Of a stretch of DNA of 64,000 bases, positions 53,888-62,848 are shown piece by piece. Location of the stretch: positions 475,082 through 539,081 of the forward strand of contig CBDCQE010000001.1 of the NCBI GenBank assembly GCA_965220505.1, given 5' to 3'. The stretch comes from Dehalococcoidia bacterium (lineage in GTDB: Bacteria > Chloroflexota > Dehalococcoidia > Lucifugimonadales > UBA3495). The notes under the pieces were generated by a model. The model was not told where the DNA came from. It did no database searches and saw only the letters and a program-made list of their open reading frames with translations. A program made the translations under genes and the position numbers. Each line of letters starts with the position of its first letter. Position 1 is the first letter of the stretch.

Positions 53888-56503
53888 ATGGATTCTTCAG
53901 AACGCATCAACGAGCTGAAATCGTTGCTTGGCCGGCGCATCCTGGTTACGGACGGCGCTATGGGAACACAGATCCAGGCGAGGGGTCTGGGACCTGGGGA
54001 TTTCGGGGGAGCGGAGTACGAAGGCTGTAACGAGTACCTGAACATAACGCGCCCGGACGTGATCCAAGACATCCACCTGGAATACCTGGATGCTGGCGCG
54101 GACATCATACAGACCAACACGTTCGGCGCAACCGCGCTGGTGCTGGGCGAGTATGACTTGGCGCACGAGGCGCGACGGATCAATCGCGAGGGCGCAGCCA
54201 TCGCCAGGCGGGCGGCAGACGCGGCCACGGAGGACGATCCCGACAAGCCGCGTTTCGTTTACGGCGCTATGGGCCCGACGACACGGACGATATCGGTTAC
54301 CGGAGGCCTGACCTTCGACGAATTGGCTGCCGATTATCACCAACAGGCTGCCGGGCTCATTGAGGGCGGCGCCGACGTGCTGGTGCTGGAAACCGGCCAG
54401 GACACCATCAACATCAAGGCGGGGCTGGAAGGAATCGACCGCGCCCGGGCGGAACTGAATGCGGACGTTCCCATGGCGGTGCAGGGTACCGTTGAACCCA
54501 TGGGCACGCTGCTGGCCGGCCAGGACGCCGAGGCGCTCTACACCTCGCTGGCGCACCGAGACCTGCTCTGGGTCGGATTCAACTGTGCCACCGGGCCGGA
54601 GTTCATGACGGACCACATCCGGACGCTGCACGAGCTGTCGCGGTTCGGGATTGCCTGTGTGCCGAACGCGGGCCTGCCGGACGAAGACGGAAACTACAAC
54701 GAAACGCCGGAAATGCTGGCCGCCACGCTGGAGCGGTTCGCGTCCAACGGCTGGCTGAACGTGACCGGTGGGTGTTGCGGCACCGGGCCGGAGCACGTCC
54801 GTCGTCTGGTCGAGGCGATGTCCGGCATGAACCCGAGGGACACGAAGCCGGCGCTGGAGACGCGGGTGTCGGGCATCGAGGCCGTCGTGGTCAACGAGGA
54901 CACGCGTCCAACCGTGGTTGGTGAGCGCACCAACGTGCTGGGCAGCCGCCGTTTCAAGCGGCTGATAGCGGGCGAGCGGTTCGAAGAAGCGGCCGAGATT
55001 GGGCGACGCCAGGTTCGCAACGGCGCGCACGTGCTGGACGTGTGCCTGCAGGACCCGGACCGGGACGAGACCGCGGACGTGATCAAGTTCCTGGATCAGC
55101 TGAACCGGCGGGTCAAGGCGCCGATCATGATCGACTCGACGGACGCGGCGGTGATCGAGGAGTCGCTGAAACGGCTGCAGGGCAAGTCCATCATCAACTC
55201 CATCAACCTTGAGGACGGAGAGGAGCGTTTCCAGCGGGTGGTTCCGTTGGCGCGACGGTATGGCGCGGCGCTGGTCGTGGGTTGCATCGACGATGATCCC
55301 AACCAGGCACAGGCGATCACGCGAGAGCGGAAGCTGGAAATCGCGCGCCGCTCGCACCAGCTATTGACCGAAAAGTACGGAGTGCCCGAAGAGGACATCA
55401 TCTTTGATCCGCTGGTGTTTCCCGCCGGGACCGGAGACGAGAATTACGTTGGTTCGGCCGCCGAGACCATAGAGGGCGTCCGAATAATCAAGGAGGCGCT
55501 GCCCAGGACCAAGACGGTGTTGGGTATATCCAACGTTTCCTTTGGGCTGCCGGCCGCTGGGCGAGAGGTTTTCAACTCGGTGTTCCTGTACCACTGCACC
55601 CAGGCCGGGCTGGACATGGCCATCGTGAACTCGGAGATGATGCAGCGTTACGCCAGCATTCCCGAGGAAGAGCGGAAACTGTCCGAAGACCTGATCTGGA
55701 ACCGGGGCGAGGATCCCGTGGCGGCCTTCGCGGCGCACTTCCGGGACCGGGCGCCGCGCGCCACCGCGGAAGAACGGTTGGCGCTGCCGCTGGACGACCG
55801 GCTGGCACAGTGCATCATCGAGGGGAGCAAGGAGGGTCTGGCTGAGGACTTGGACCTGGCATTGCAGGAACGGGAACCGTTGGCGATCATCAACGGGCCG
55901 CTGATGGCGGGGATGGACGAGGTCGGGCGCCAGTTCAACGCGAACCAGCTGATCGTCGCCGAGGTGTTGCAGAGCGCGGAGGCCATGAAATTCGCGGTGG
56001 CCCACCTCGAACCGCACATGGAGCGCACGGACGCCGCGTCGCGCGGTCGCGTCCTGCTGGCGACGGTGAAGGGCGACGTGCATGATATCGGCAAAAACTT
56101 GGTGGAGATCATCCTGTCCAACAACGGCTACAACGTGATCAACCTGGGGATCAAGGTGGCCGCGCAGGAGTTGATCGCGGGCTACCGGGAGCATCACCCG
56201 GACATCATCGGGTTATCGGGACTGCTGGTGAAGTCGGCCCAGATGATGGTCGAAACGGTCCAGGATTTCCGCTCGGCCGGCATCGCGGCGCCGGTGCTGG
56301 TTGGCGGCGCGGCCCTGTCCAACCGGTTCACGCGACTACGGATCGCGCCGGAGTATGACGGGGTGGTGGCGTATTCGCCGGACGCCATGACCGGATTGGC
56401 TTTGGCAAACGTGATTCGGGACGACGACGAGCGAGAGCGGCTGATCGCGCGGCTGGAGAGCGAAAGCGCGGAGTTGGAGCGGGAGACGGCAGCGCGGGGA
56501 TAG
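53888..56503 (+). CDS. metH: cobalamin-dependent methionine synthase core (Hcy-binding, pterin-binding, cap and B12-binding domains; no reactivation domain)
   Basis: ATG 53888. ILVTDGAMGTQ..., GGCCGTGPEH (Hcy zinc site), INSINLEDGEERF (pterin barrel), and GDVHDIGKNLV (DxHxxG B12 motif). The ORF stops right after the B12 domain. Confidence 0.93.
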   Translation: MDSSERINELKSLLGRRILVTDGAMGTQIQARGLGPGDFGGAEYEGCNEYLNITRPDVIQDIHLEYLDAGADIIQTNTFGATALVLGEYDLAHEARRINREGAAIARRAADAATEDDPDKPRFVYGAMGPTTRTISVTGGLTFDELAADYHQQAAGLIEGGADVLVLETGQDTINIKAGLEGIDRARAELNADVPMAVQGTVEPMGTLLAGQDAEALYTSLAHRDLLWVGFNCATGPEFMTDHIRTLHELSRFGIACVPNAGLPDEDGNYNETPEMLAATLERFASNGWLNVTGGCCGTGPEHVRRLVEAMSGMNPRDTKPALETRVSGIEAVVVNEDTRPTVVGERTNVLGSRRFKRLIAGERFEEAAEIGRRQVRNGAHVLDVCLQDPDRDETADVIKFLDQLNRRVKAPIMIDSTDAAVIEESLKRLQGKSIINSINLEDGEERFQRVVPLARRYGAALVVGCIDDDPNQAQAITRERKLEIARRSHQLLTEKYGVPEEDIIFDPLVFPAGTGDENYVGSAAETIEGVRIIKEALPRTKTVLGISNVSFGLPAAGREVFNSVFLYHCTQAGLDMAIVNSEMMQRYASIPEEERKLSEDLIWNRGEDPVAAFAAHFRDRAPRATAEERLALPLDDRLAQCIIEGSKEGLAEDLDLALQEREPLAIINGPLMAGMDEVGRQFNANQLIVAEVLQSAEAMKFAVAHLEPHMERTDAASRGRVLLATVKGDVHDIGKNLVEIILSNNGYNVINLGIKVAAQELIAGYREHHPDIIGLSGLLVKSAQMMVETVQDFRSAGIAAPVLVGGAALSNRFTRLRIAPEYDGVVAYSPDAMTGLALANVIRDDDERERLIARLESESAELERETAARG

Positions 56504-56506
56504 GCG

Positions 56507-56840
56507 ATGGCGGAGAATGCCCGGTTGCGGCGAGCTTGGGAGGAATTGCCCAAAACCGAGCATGGGCGTCATTTGCAGAGCCGCCACCCCGACGTTCGCC
56601 CGGAGTGGATAATGCGCGTTATCGAATCTCCAAATTCCTTACGAGTGGATAGAATACTCTACAACGCCGGAAGAAGGGTTGCGGGTTTGGAGAGTTCAAG
56701 TTGGATGGGTACCAGAGATCGAAACTTGGATTAAGATCGTGTTTGAAGAAGGCATAACAGGCGATGAGTTTGATACAGCATACCGCCTTCGAGACAAGCA
56801 GGCAGAACATCAGCTGAGAGGTCGGACCAGGAGAAGCTGA
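56507..56840 (+). pseudogene. DUF4258-like small toxin-type gene interrupted by a +1 frame change
   Basis: Frame A (ATG 56507) reads MAENARLRRAWEELPKTEHGRHLQSRHPDVRPEWIMRVIESPNS... and stops at 56734. Frame B is open 56613-56840 and reads ...YEWIEYSTTPEEGLRVWRVQVGWVPEIETWIKIVFEEGITGDEFDTAYRLRD..., ending 2 nt before the next ATG. Neither frame alone gives a full-length protein with a proper start. Confidence 0.55.
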
Positions 56841-56842
56841 AT

Positions 56843-57382
56843 ATGACCGACGCGAAACCTGAGCCGAAATCGAAAGCCGCCCGGCTCGGTGGGCAATGTC
56901 TCTGTGGTTGCGGTGAAATCACCACGGCGAGGTCCGACTTCCGCCAGGGCCACGATATGCGCGTTAAGGGAATGCTATCCCGCCTGGAGAGAGGCAAGCC
57001 GGAGGAGAAATTCCGTCTCCCGGATATCCTGGTGGCACGGGCGACCATCGACCCCATGTTCAAGGTACATGGCTACGACGCGGAGACCATCCTCAGGCTG
57101 GCGGCAGTGGCGCACTCAGAGTTGAAGCCCACGGTTCTGTACTACCCCGACACGCAAACGCTGGTCATCGAGAACGGTGCGCGGCGAGCCGAAGGCGAAC
57201 AAGTCGCCAAAGGCGTCGTGGCGTTCTATGCGCAGGAACAGGGGGGTGAGCTTGACCACGACGTTACGGCGATAACGATAGAGAACGCGGAAGTAACGCT
57301 CAAGCCCTTTGTGGACGCCATACTGGCAAAGCACGGCATGGCGCTCGAACGGCCGGACGCGGAGAAAACGAAAACGGTGTAA
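56843..57382 (+). CDS. two-part protein: N-terminal CxCGCG...GHD zinc-ribbon-like motif plus C-terminal DUF2283-like domain
   Basis: 179 aa. GGQCLCGCGEITTARSDFRQGHDMRVKG, then LYYPDTQTLVIENGARRAEGEQVAKGVVAFYAQEQGGELDHDVTAITIENAE, resembling DUF2283 (YDxExDxLyI...v.g.e...). Confidence 0.6.
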   Translation: MTDAKPEPKSKAARLGGQCLCGCGEITTARSDFRQGHDMRVKGMLSRLERGKPEEKFRLPDILVARATIDPMFKVHGYDAETILRLAAVAHSELKPTVLYYPDTQTLVIENGARRAEGEQVAKGVVAFYAQEQGGELDHDVTAITIENAEVTLKPFVDAILAKHGMALERPDAEKTKTV

Positions 57383-57394
57383 GCTGCGCCTATT

Positions 57395-58312
57395 ATGAAT
57401 ACAGCTACCAACATCACGTCTGGCGTGACCCTGCTGGATACCTCACCCCGGCCGCCGGATCTGCGGCTGCACGTCCTCGACGACTACGACCTGGACGAGA
57501 TTTTCGGGTACATCAACCCGCAGATGCTCTACGTGCGGCACCTGGGGTACCGAGGACGGTTCTGGGAGGCGTTGCGGGCGGATGAACCGAAAGCCGTCGA
57601 ACTGCACCGGCAGGTCCAGAGCGTCGAGGATGTGATGCTGTCGCGCTCCGACATCAGCGCCCGGGCGGTGTTCAAGTTCTTTCCCTGTCGTTCCGAGGGC
57701 CAGTGGCTGATAATTTACGAGTCGGACGGAACCACCGAATTGGAGCGGTTCTACTTCGGCCGGCAGCAGGAGCGTGAGGGTCTTTGCCTGTCCGACTACG
57801 CACGACCGGTTGGCGACGGGCCGAACGATTACGTGGCGATGTTTACGACGACCGTCGGGCCGGGAATACGCGACCTGTCCGAGCGGTGGAAGAACGAGGG
57901 ACGATACTTGGATTCGCACACGCTGCAAGCGCTGGCCATCGAATCGGCGGAGGGCTTCGCAGAGCTGTTGCACAAACGGATCCGCACCATGTGGAACATC
58001 GGCGAGCCGTCGGGTTTGAAGATCAGCGGCGAGGACGAGCTGCGCGACCTGTTCCGGGCCAACTACCGGGGCAAGCGCTACTCGTTCGGGTATCCCGCGT
58101 GTCCCCGACTGGAAGACCAGGAGAAGCTGTTCGCCCTGCTGGACGTGACGGCGAACATCGGCGTCGAGTTGACGGACGGGTACATGATGGACCCGGAGGG
58201 TTCGGTCTCAGCCGTGGTGTTCCACCATCCGCAGGCCAAGTATTTCAACCTGGACGAGGCGGATATCGAAAAACTGGAAGCCGAGATTGCGCAGATGCCG
58301 GCGGGCGGATAG
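57395..58312 (+). CDS. methionine synthase reactivation (AdoMet-binding) domain as a stand-alone protein
   Basis: 305 aa. EIFGYINPQMLYVRHLGY, GLCLSDY, DYVAMFTTTVG, LQALAIESAEGFAELLHKRIR, RYSFGYPACPRLEDQ, VSAVVFHHPQAKYF match the Met_synt_B12 activation domain. Confidence 0.88.
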   Translation: MNTATNITSGVTLLDTSPRPPDLRLHVLDDYDLDEIFGYINPQMLYVRHLGYRGRFWEALRADEPKAVELHRQVQSVEDVMLSRSDISARAVFKFFPCRSEGQWLIIYESDGTTELERFYFGRQQEREGLCLSDYARPVGDGPNDYVAMFTTTVGPGIRDLSERWKNEGRYLDSHTLQALAIESAEGFAELLHKRIRTMWNIGEPSGLKISGEDELRDLFRANYRGKRYSFGYPACPRLEDQEKLFALLDVTANIGVELTDGYMMDPEGSVSAVVFHHPQAKYFNLDEADIEKLEAEIAQMPAGG

Positions 58313-58337
58313 GCTGTGGTTTTGCGACCATACCGCC

Positions 58338-58372
58338 AGCCCGTAGCCCACTCGTACACGGGCTTTATTTTT
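58338..58372 (+). terminator. rho-independent terminator after the metH activation-domain gene
   Basis: agcccgt-(13 nt)-acgggct followed by ttattttt. Confidence 0.55.
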
Positions 58373-58438
58373 GCCCAGACTGCGCCGGTGAACTTTGCGT
58401 TGCAGCCGACCGGGGCAGCGCTTGGGGCTCCGAAGTGT

Positions 58439-59188
58439 TTACTGGGCGGTGAAGCCGCCGTCAACTACGAGCTCGGCACCGGTGATGTAGGATGCCTCGT
58501 CGCTGGCCAGGAAGAGGACGGCGTAGGCCACTTCTTCGCGGTTGCCGACGCGTTTCATGGGGATGTTAGCCATCATTGCGTTGCGGGTTTCCGAGTTGGC
58601 CGAACCGCCGGCCATGGGCGGCATCAGGCCGGGATGGACGGAATTGACGCGGATGCCGGCTTCCGCCCAACGCACCGCCGCGGATTTGGTCATCAGGCGA
58701 ACCGCGCCCTTGGAAGCGTTGTAGCCCATGTGGATGAAGTCCTGACCAACGATGCCGGAAATGGACGAAATGTTGACGATGCTGCCACCGTCGTTACCTT
58801 CCATGACTCCGATAGCATGTTTCATGCCGAGGAACACGCCCTTGGCGTTGATGTTCAGCAGGCGATCCCAGGTAGTAGTGCCCAGGTTGTTCTCCTCATC
58901 GTAGCCGGAGATGCCAGCGTTGTTGACCAGGATGTCCAACCTGCCGTGCCGGCTGACAGTGTCGGCAATGACCTGCTGCCAGTTGTCCTCATCGGTGACG
59001 TTGAGATGGGCGAACTCGGCGCTGCCGCCGTTGGATACGATGTCGTCGGCCACCCGCTGGCCGGTGTCGTCGGTAACGTCGCAGACGACAACAGTAGCGC
59101 CCTCTTCGGCAAACAGGCGGGCCTCAACCTCGCCCATGCCGCGAGCGGCTCCGGTGACAATGGCGATTTTGCCTTCCAGCCTGGGCAT
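58439..59188 (-). CDS. SDR-family oxidoreductase
   Basis: 249 aa. TGAARGMG, NNAGI, and S...YNASK catalytic motifs. It is a paralog of 14389..15147. Confidence 0.9.
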   Translation of the reverse strand: MPRLEGKIAIVTGAARGMGEVEARLFAEEGATVVVCDVTDDTGQRVADDIVSNGGSAEFAHLNVTDEDNWQQVIADTVSRHGRLDILVNNAGISGYDEENNLGTTTWDRLLNINAKGVFLGMKHAIGVMEGNDGGSIVNISSISGIVGQDFIHMGYNASKGAVRLMTKSAAVRWAEAGIRVNSVHPGLMPPMAGGSANSETRNAMMANIPMKRVGNREEVAYAVLFLASDEASYITGAELVVDGGFTAQ

Positions 59189-59281
59189 TGCAACTCTCCT
59201 GCGGGACTCGTCGAACGAACGGTGCGGGCCGGATTATAGCATCGGCTCGGGTAGATCCGACCTACTGGACTTGAGGTATAG

Positions 59282-60907
59282 ATGACGACCATCCAGACCA
59301 CCGAGCCGACGTTGTCCGTAGAACGGACCGTCCCTTTGCCCGATGTGATCGCCAGCCATGCCGGAGGATACGAGGGAGCCAGTCCCTCCGGGCGTTACAC
59401 GGCTGTGATTGACGTCGGCTCCGGATCGGCGCGGGCGGTGGTGATGCAGGTCAACCCGGGCGGTGGTGTCGAGATCGTTGCCCAGCAAAGGGTGACCCTC
59501 AACCTGATGAGTCACGTCAGGAGCGACGGCTATCTGGACGAAAAAGGAATGGCGAGCACACTGGACGCGCTGGAGGATTTCGCACTGGTGGCGCGGGCGT
59601 ACGGGATTGAAACCATCCACGCCGTGGCCACCGCCGCGCTGCGCGAGTCGGGCAACGCCGCAACAATCACGGACGCGGCGCGCCAGCGGTTCGGCATACC
59701 GCTACGGATAATCGACGGTTCCGATGAGGCCGCCTACTGCTTCGTTGGCGCGATCCACGGTTTGCGGACGAACGATGGACTGCTGGCGGACATCGGCGGC
59801 GGCAGCACGGAATTGGTGCGGTTCCGCGACCGGGAGCTGGTGTCCAGCATATCGTTGCCGCTGGGCAGTCTCCGAATCGCCAACCAGTTTGATCTGGGGG
59901 ATCGTCCGGCCACCGGGTCGATGAAAGCGGCGTACGAGCACGTGCGGACGGTTCTCGGCAACGCTGGGGTTAAGCCACTTCCCGACGACGCGACCCTGGT
60001 GGGATCGGGAGGTTCGGTGCGCCTGCTGTCTCGGCTGGACCGGGCGCGCGAGCCCTATCCCATCATCAAGCTGCACGGGTATGAGATACGCGCCTCCGCC
60101 CTGGTGGAGCAGGTTGAACAGCTGGCTGCCATGTCCAGGATCGACCGGGCCAGCATTCCGGGGATGAATCCGGAGCGAAGTCACTCCATAATCGGCGGCG
60201 GTGTGGTGGCCCACGCGTTGATGCAGCACCTGGGAACAGACCGTTTACTGGTGTCCGGTCAGGGGCTGCGCGAAGGGCTGGCTCGACACCCGGAACCGCC
60301 GTCGGCGTGCGAGAGGGTGCCGCTACCCCCGCTTGAAACGGTGAGATCCGAATCACTGGCAGACCTGGTGGGAAGGTTCGCGCATCGCTTCGGGCAGCGC
60401 GGCGAGAGGCGAGCCGAGTTGGCTGAGCGCATCGCCAATGCCGTATGGCGCGGGAGCAATCGCCAGATTACGAACTCGCTGTGGTGCGCGGCGCGATTGC
60501 TGGACATCGGAAACGCGGTGGATTTTTACAATCGTCTCAACCGGACTGCGAGTATAATAGTCCGAACCGACCTGCCCGGATTCACGCATGCGGAATCGGC
60601 GCAGATCGCGGCCATCCTTTTGGCGGCGGAGTTCGATACCCTGCCGCGCAGGTTTCGCCAGAGTCGCCTGCTGTGTGCCGCGGAACTGCGACTGATCCAG
60701 CAGGCGGCCGCGATCCTCGTCGCGGCGGACGAATTGGACGGCAGACTGCCTCAGGGAACTGAAGCAAACGCGGTTACAATAAGTCGAGCAAAAGGAACCT
60801 GGCGTATCGCGAGTCCCGGTTGGTCGCCCGTGGCCGCTCCCGGTCTGGCGGCAAGATGGAACAAAGCCTTCGACGAAGACGTGCGAATAGAAAGGGGTGC
60901 ACCATGA
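59282..60907 (+). CDS. Ppx/GppA-family phosphatase with degenerate C-terminal HD-like domain
   Basis: 541 aa. ASKHA-fold N-terminus (AVIDVGSGSARAVVMQ, ADIGGGSTELV, GSGGSVR). In the C-terminal helical domain the usual LHDIG/HxxH positions read LLDIG/YNRLNR. Confidence 0.85.
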   Translation: MTTIQTTEPTLSVERTVPLPDVIASHAGGYEGASPSGRYTAVIDVGSGSARAVVMQVNPGGGVEIVAQQRVTLNLMSHVRSDGYLDEKGMASTLDALEDFALVARAYGIETIHAVATAALRESGNAATITDAARQRFGIPLRIIDGSDEAAYCFVGAIHGLRTNDGLLADIGGGSTELVRFRDRELVSSISLPLGSLRIANQFDLGDRPATGSMKAAYEHVRTVLGNAGVKPLPDDATLVGSGGSVRLLSRLDRAREPYPIIKLHGYEIRASALVEQVEQLAAMSRIDRASIPGMNPERSHSIIGGGVVAHALMQHLGTDRLLVSGQGLREGLARHPEPPSACERVPLPPLETVRSESLADLVGRFAHRFGQRGERRAELAERIANAVWRGSNRQITNSLWCAARLLDIGNAVDFYNRLNRTASIIVRTDLPGFTHAESAQIAAILLAAEFDTLPRRFRQSRLLCAAELRLIQQAAAILVAADELDGRLPQGTEANAVTISRAKGTWRIASPGWSPVAAPGLAARWNKAFDEDVRIERGAP

Positions 60908-61743
60908 CCGTATTGCAGAAAGAGCACGCGTACAAGATGGGCGAACGCTACGGGCGCCATCCCGACGACGACCAGTATCCTGGCAAGCTGATCATCGTCG
61001 AGGGAATCGACGGATCGGGCAAGAGCACGCAAATCGACCTGCTGGGCAAGTGGCTCAACAGCCAGAACCTGGTCACCGTGTTCACCGAGTGGAATTCGTC
61101 GCCCATAGTGCGGCGTACCACCAAGCGGGGCAAAGTCGAAGAGATGCTGACCCCGATGTCGTTCAGCTTGATCCACGCCGCTGACTTCGCGAGCCGGGTG
61201 CACGCGCAGATCCTGCCCGCCCTGCGCGCCGGGGCGGTGGTATTGGCGGACCGCTACGTGTTTACGGCTTTCGCTCGGGACGCGGCCCGGGGCGTGAACC
61301 GGGAATGGTTGCGGCGGGTTTACTCCTTCGCTGTGCAGCCCTCGCTGGCGCTGTACTTCAAGGTGCCCCTGGATGTGTCCATCCACCGGATCACGGTGGG
61401 ACGTGAGGAACTGGGTTACTACGAATCCGGCCAGGACATGGGCTTTTCCAGCGATCGGGAGGAGTCATTCCGCATCTTCCAGGGCAGACTTCTTGAGGAA
61501 TACGACGCCCTGACCGAAGAGTTTGGCCTGATGACCATCGATGCGACCCAGCCCATCGCGGTGCAGCAGCAACAGGTGCGGAGGTACGTGGAGCCGCTGC
61601 TGGACGACGTGATGAAAATCAGCGGGCAGAGCGTGCCCGAGGCTTTGGGCCGCGCCGGTCTCACCGGTCGGTACATTACCACTCCCATGCGCCGCCGATT
61701 GACCGAACAGGAAGCGCTGGCCGCCGCCAAGTCCGACGGCTAA
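60904..61743 (+). CDS. thymidylate-kinase-like P-loop kinase 1 (extended N- and C-termini)
   Basis: ATG 60904 overlaps the Ppx stop (ATGA). 279 aa. LIIVEGIDGSGKSTQ Walker A, ADRYVFTAFA (DRY motif), and about 70 extra C-terminal residues. Confidence 0.75.
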   Translation: MTVLQKEHAYKMGERYGRHPDDDQYPGKLIIVEGIDGSGKSTQIDLLGKWLNSQNLVTVFTEWNSSPIVRRTTKRGKVEEMLTPMSFSLIHAADFASRVHAQILPALRAGAVVLADRYVFTAFARDAARGVNREWLRRVYSFAVQPSLALYFKVPLDVSIHRITVGREELGYYESGQDMGFSSDREESFRIFQGRLLEEYDALTEEFGLMTIDATQPIAVQQQQVRRYVEPLLDDVMKISGQSVPEALGRAGLTGRYITTPMRRRLTEQEALAAAKSDG

Positions 61744-61812
61744 TCCGATGCGGCCAGGCATTTGCCGCCGAAGGTACTGCATCGGAGTGAGTGACAACCG
61801 GGAGCGACGACG

Positions 61813-62511
61813 ATGAACGAAGTCAGGTTCTACGGTCATACCCCGCCGGGCGCCGGCGAGGAAGAAACGCCGGGCCGCCTGGTGGTTGTGGAAGGGACTG
61901 ACGGGGTGGGCAGGTCGACCCAGATTGCCATGCTCCGCGAATGGCTGGAGGCTGAAGGATATGCGGTGCTGGTCACCGGGTTCCGGAGGTCGGAACTGGC
62001 CGCCAACGGCATCGACCGGGCCATGCGCGGCAACACGTTGGATCCGCTGACGCTCAACCTCTTTTACGCCACCGATTTCTGGGACCGTATGGAAAAGAAC
62101 ATCGTACCGGCGCTGCGCTCCGGGATGGTGGCGCTGGTCGACCGCTACATCTTCTCCATCATAGCCAGGGCTCGGGTGCGCGGCGTGTCACCCCGCTGGC
62201 TCAACGACGTATTCGAATTCGCCGTTGTGCCGGATGTTGTCCTGTACCTGGACGTGGACGTGGAGCACCTGGTGCCACGGGTGCTGTCGGTGCGGCAACT
62301 GGACCACTGGGAATCGGGCGAGGACTTCCTGCGCGGCCCCGACCTGTACGAAAACTTCATCCAGTACCAGTCAGCGCTGATCGACGAGTTTCGCGAACTG
62401 GCCAAAGAGCACCAGTTCGTCACCGTGGACGGTCGGGGTAGCGTGGGCGACGTATTTCAGGCCTTGCAGACCGAAGTCCGCAAGGCCCTGGAAGGCATGG
62501 GAGACTACTGA
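61813..62511 (+). CDS. thymidylate-kinase-like P-loop protein 2 with Walker-A Lys->Arg
   Basis: 232 aa. VVVEGTDGVGRSTQ (Arg at the invariant Lys position) and VDRYIFSIIA (DRY motif). GGGAG RBS. Confidence 0.75.
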   Translation: MNEVRFYGHTPPGAGEEETPGRLVVVEGTDGVGRSTQIAMLREWLEAEGYAVLVTGFRRSELAANGIDRAMRGNTLDPLTLNLFYATDFWDRMEKNIVPALRSGMVALVDRYIFSIIARARVRGVSPRWLNDVFEFAVVPDVVLYLDVDVEHLVPRVLSVRQLDHWESGEDFLRGPDLYENFIQYQSALIDEFRELAKEHQFVTVDGRGSVGDVFQALQTEVRKALEGMGDY

Positions 62512-62557
62512 CGAGGGCTTCCAGGCACGGCCAACCCGGTTGAACAGGAGCCGAAAA

Positions 62558-62848
62558 ATGACAGCGCAGAACAAGGCCGAAGTCGCCCGACTGGGCAAGG
62601 AAATCTACGAGTCCATTCGCGCAGACATGGAGGCCAACGAGTGGGGTCGTATGGTGGTCATCGACGTGAACACTGGCGATTACGAAGTCGCCGATGACGA
62701 CGTCAATGCGTTATTGGGGTTGAAGGCGCGCCGACCAGATGCAATTACGTGGGGAGAAAAGGTTGGCTATCGGACGCCTTACTATCTTCACCGTACCCCT
62801 CAGCAACTGGCGGGATATCACGATACCAAGCTGAGAGATAATGATTAG
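62558..62848 (+). CDS. small DUF5678-like protein
   Basis: ATG 62558 after AGGAG. 96 aa. GKEIYESIRADMEANEWGRMVVIDVNTGDYEVADDDVNALLGLKARRPDAITW. There is an 8-nt overlap with the downstream protease gene. Confidence 0.6.
   Translation: MTAQNKAEVARLGKEIYESIRADMEANEWGRMVVIDVNTGDYEVADDDVNALLGLKARRPDAITWGEKVGYRTPYYLHRTPQQLAGYHDTKLRDND

Noticed and set aside
56679-56840. Independent 53-codon ORF starting at TTG 56679 instead of a frameshifted gene
   Set aside because: It would remove the conserved-looking EWIEYSTTPEEG segment that is open in the same frame upstream, and it has no RBS. The frame-change interpretation explains both frames better, but this alternative cannot be excluded without searches.
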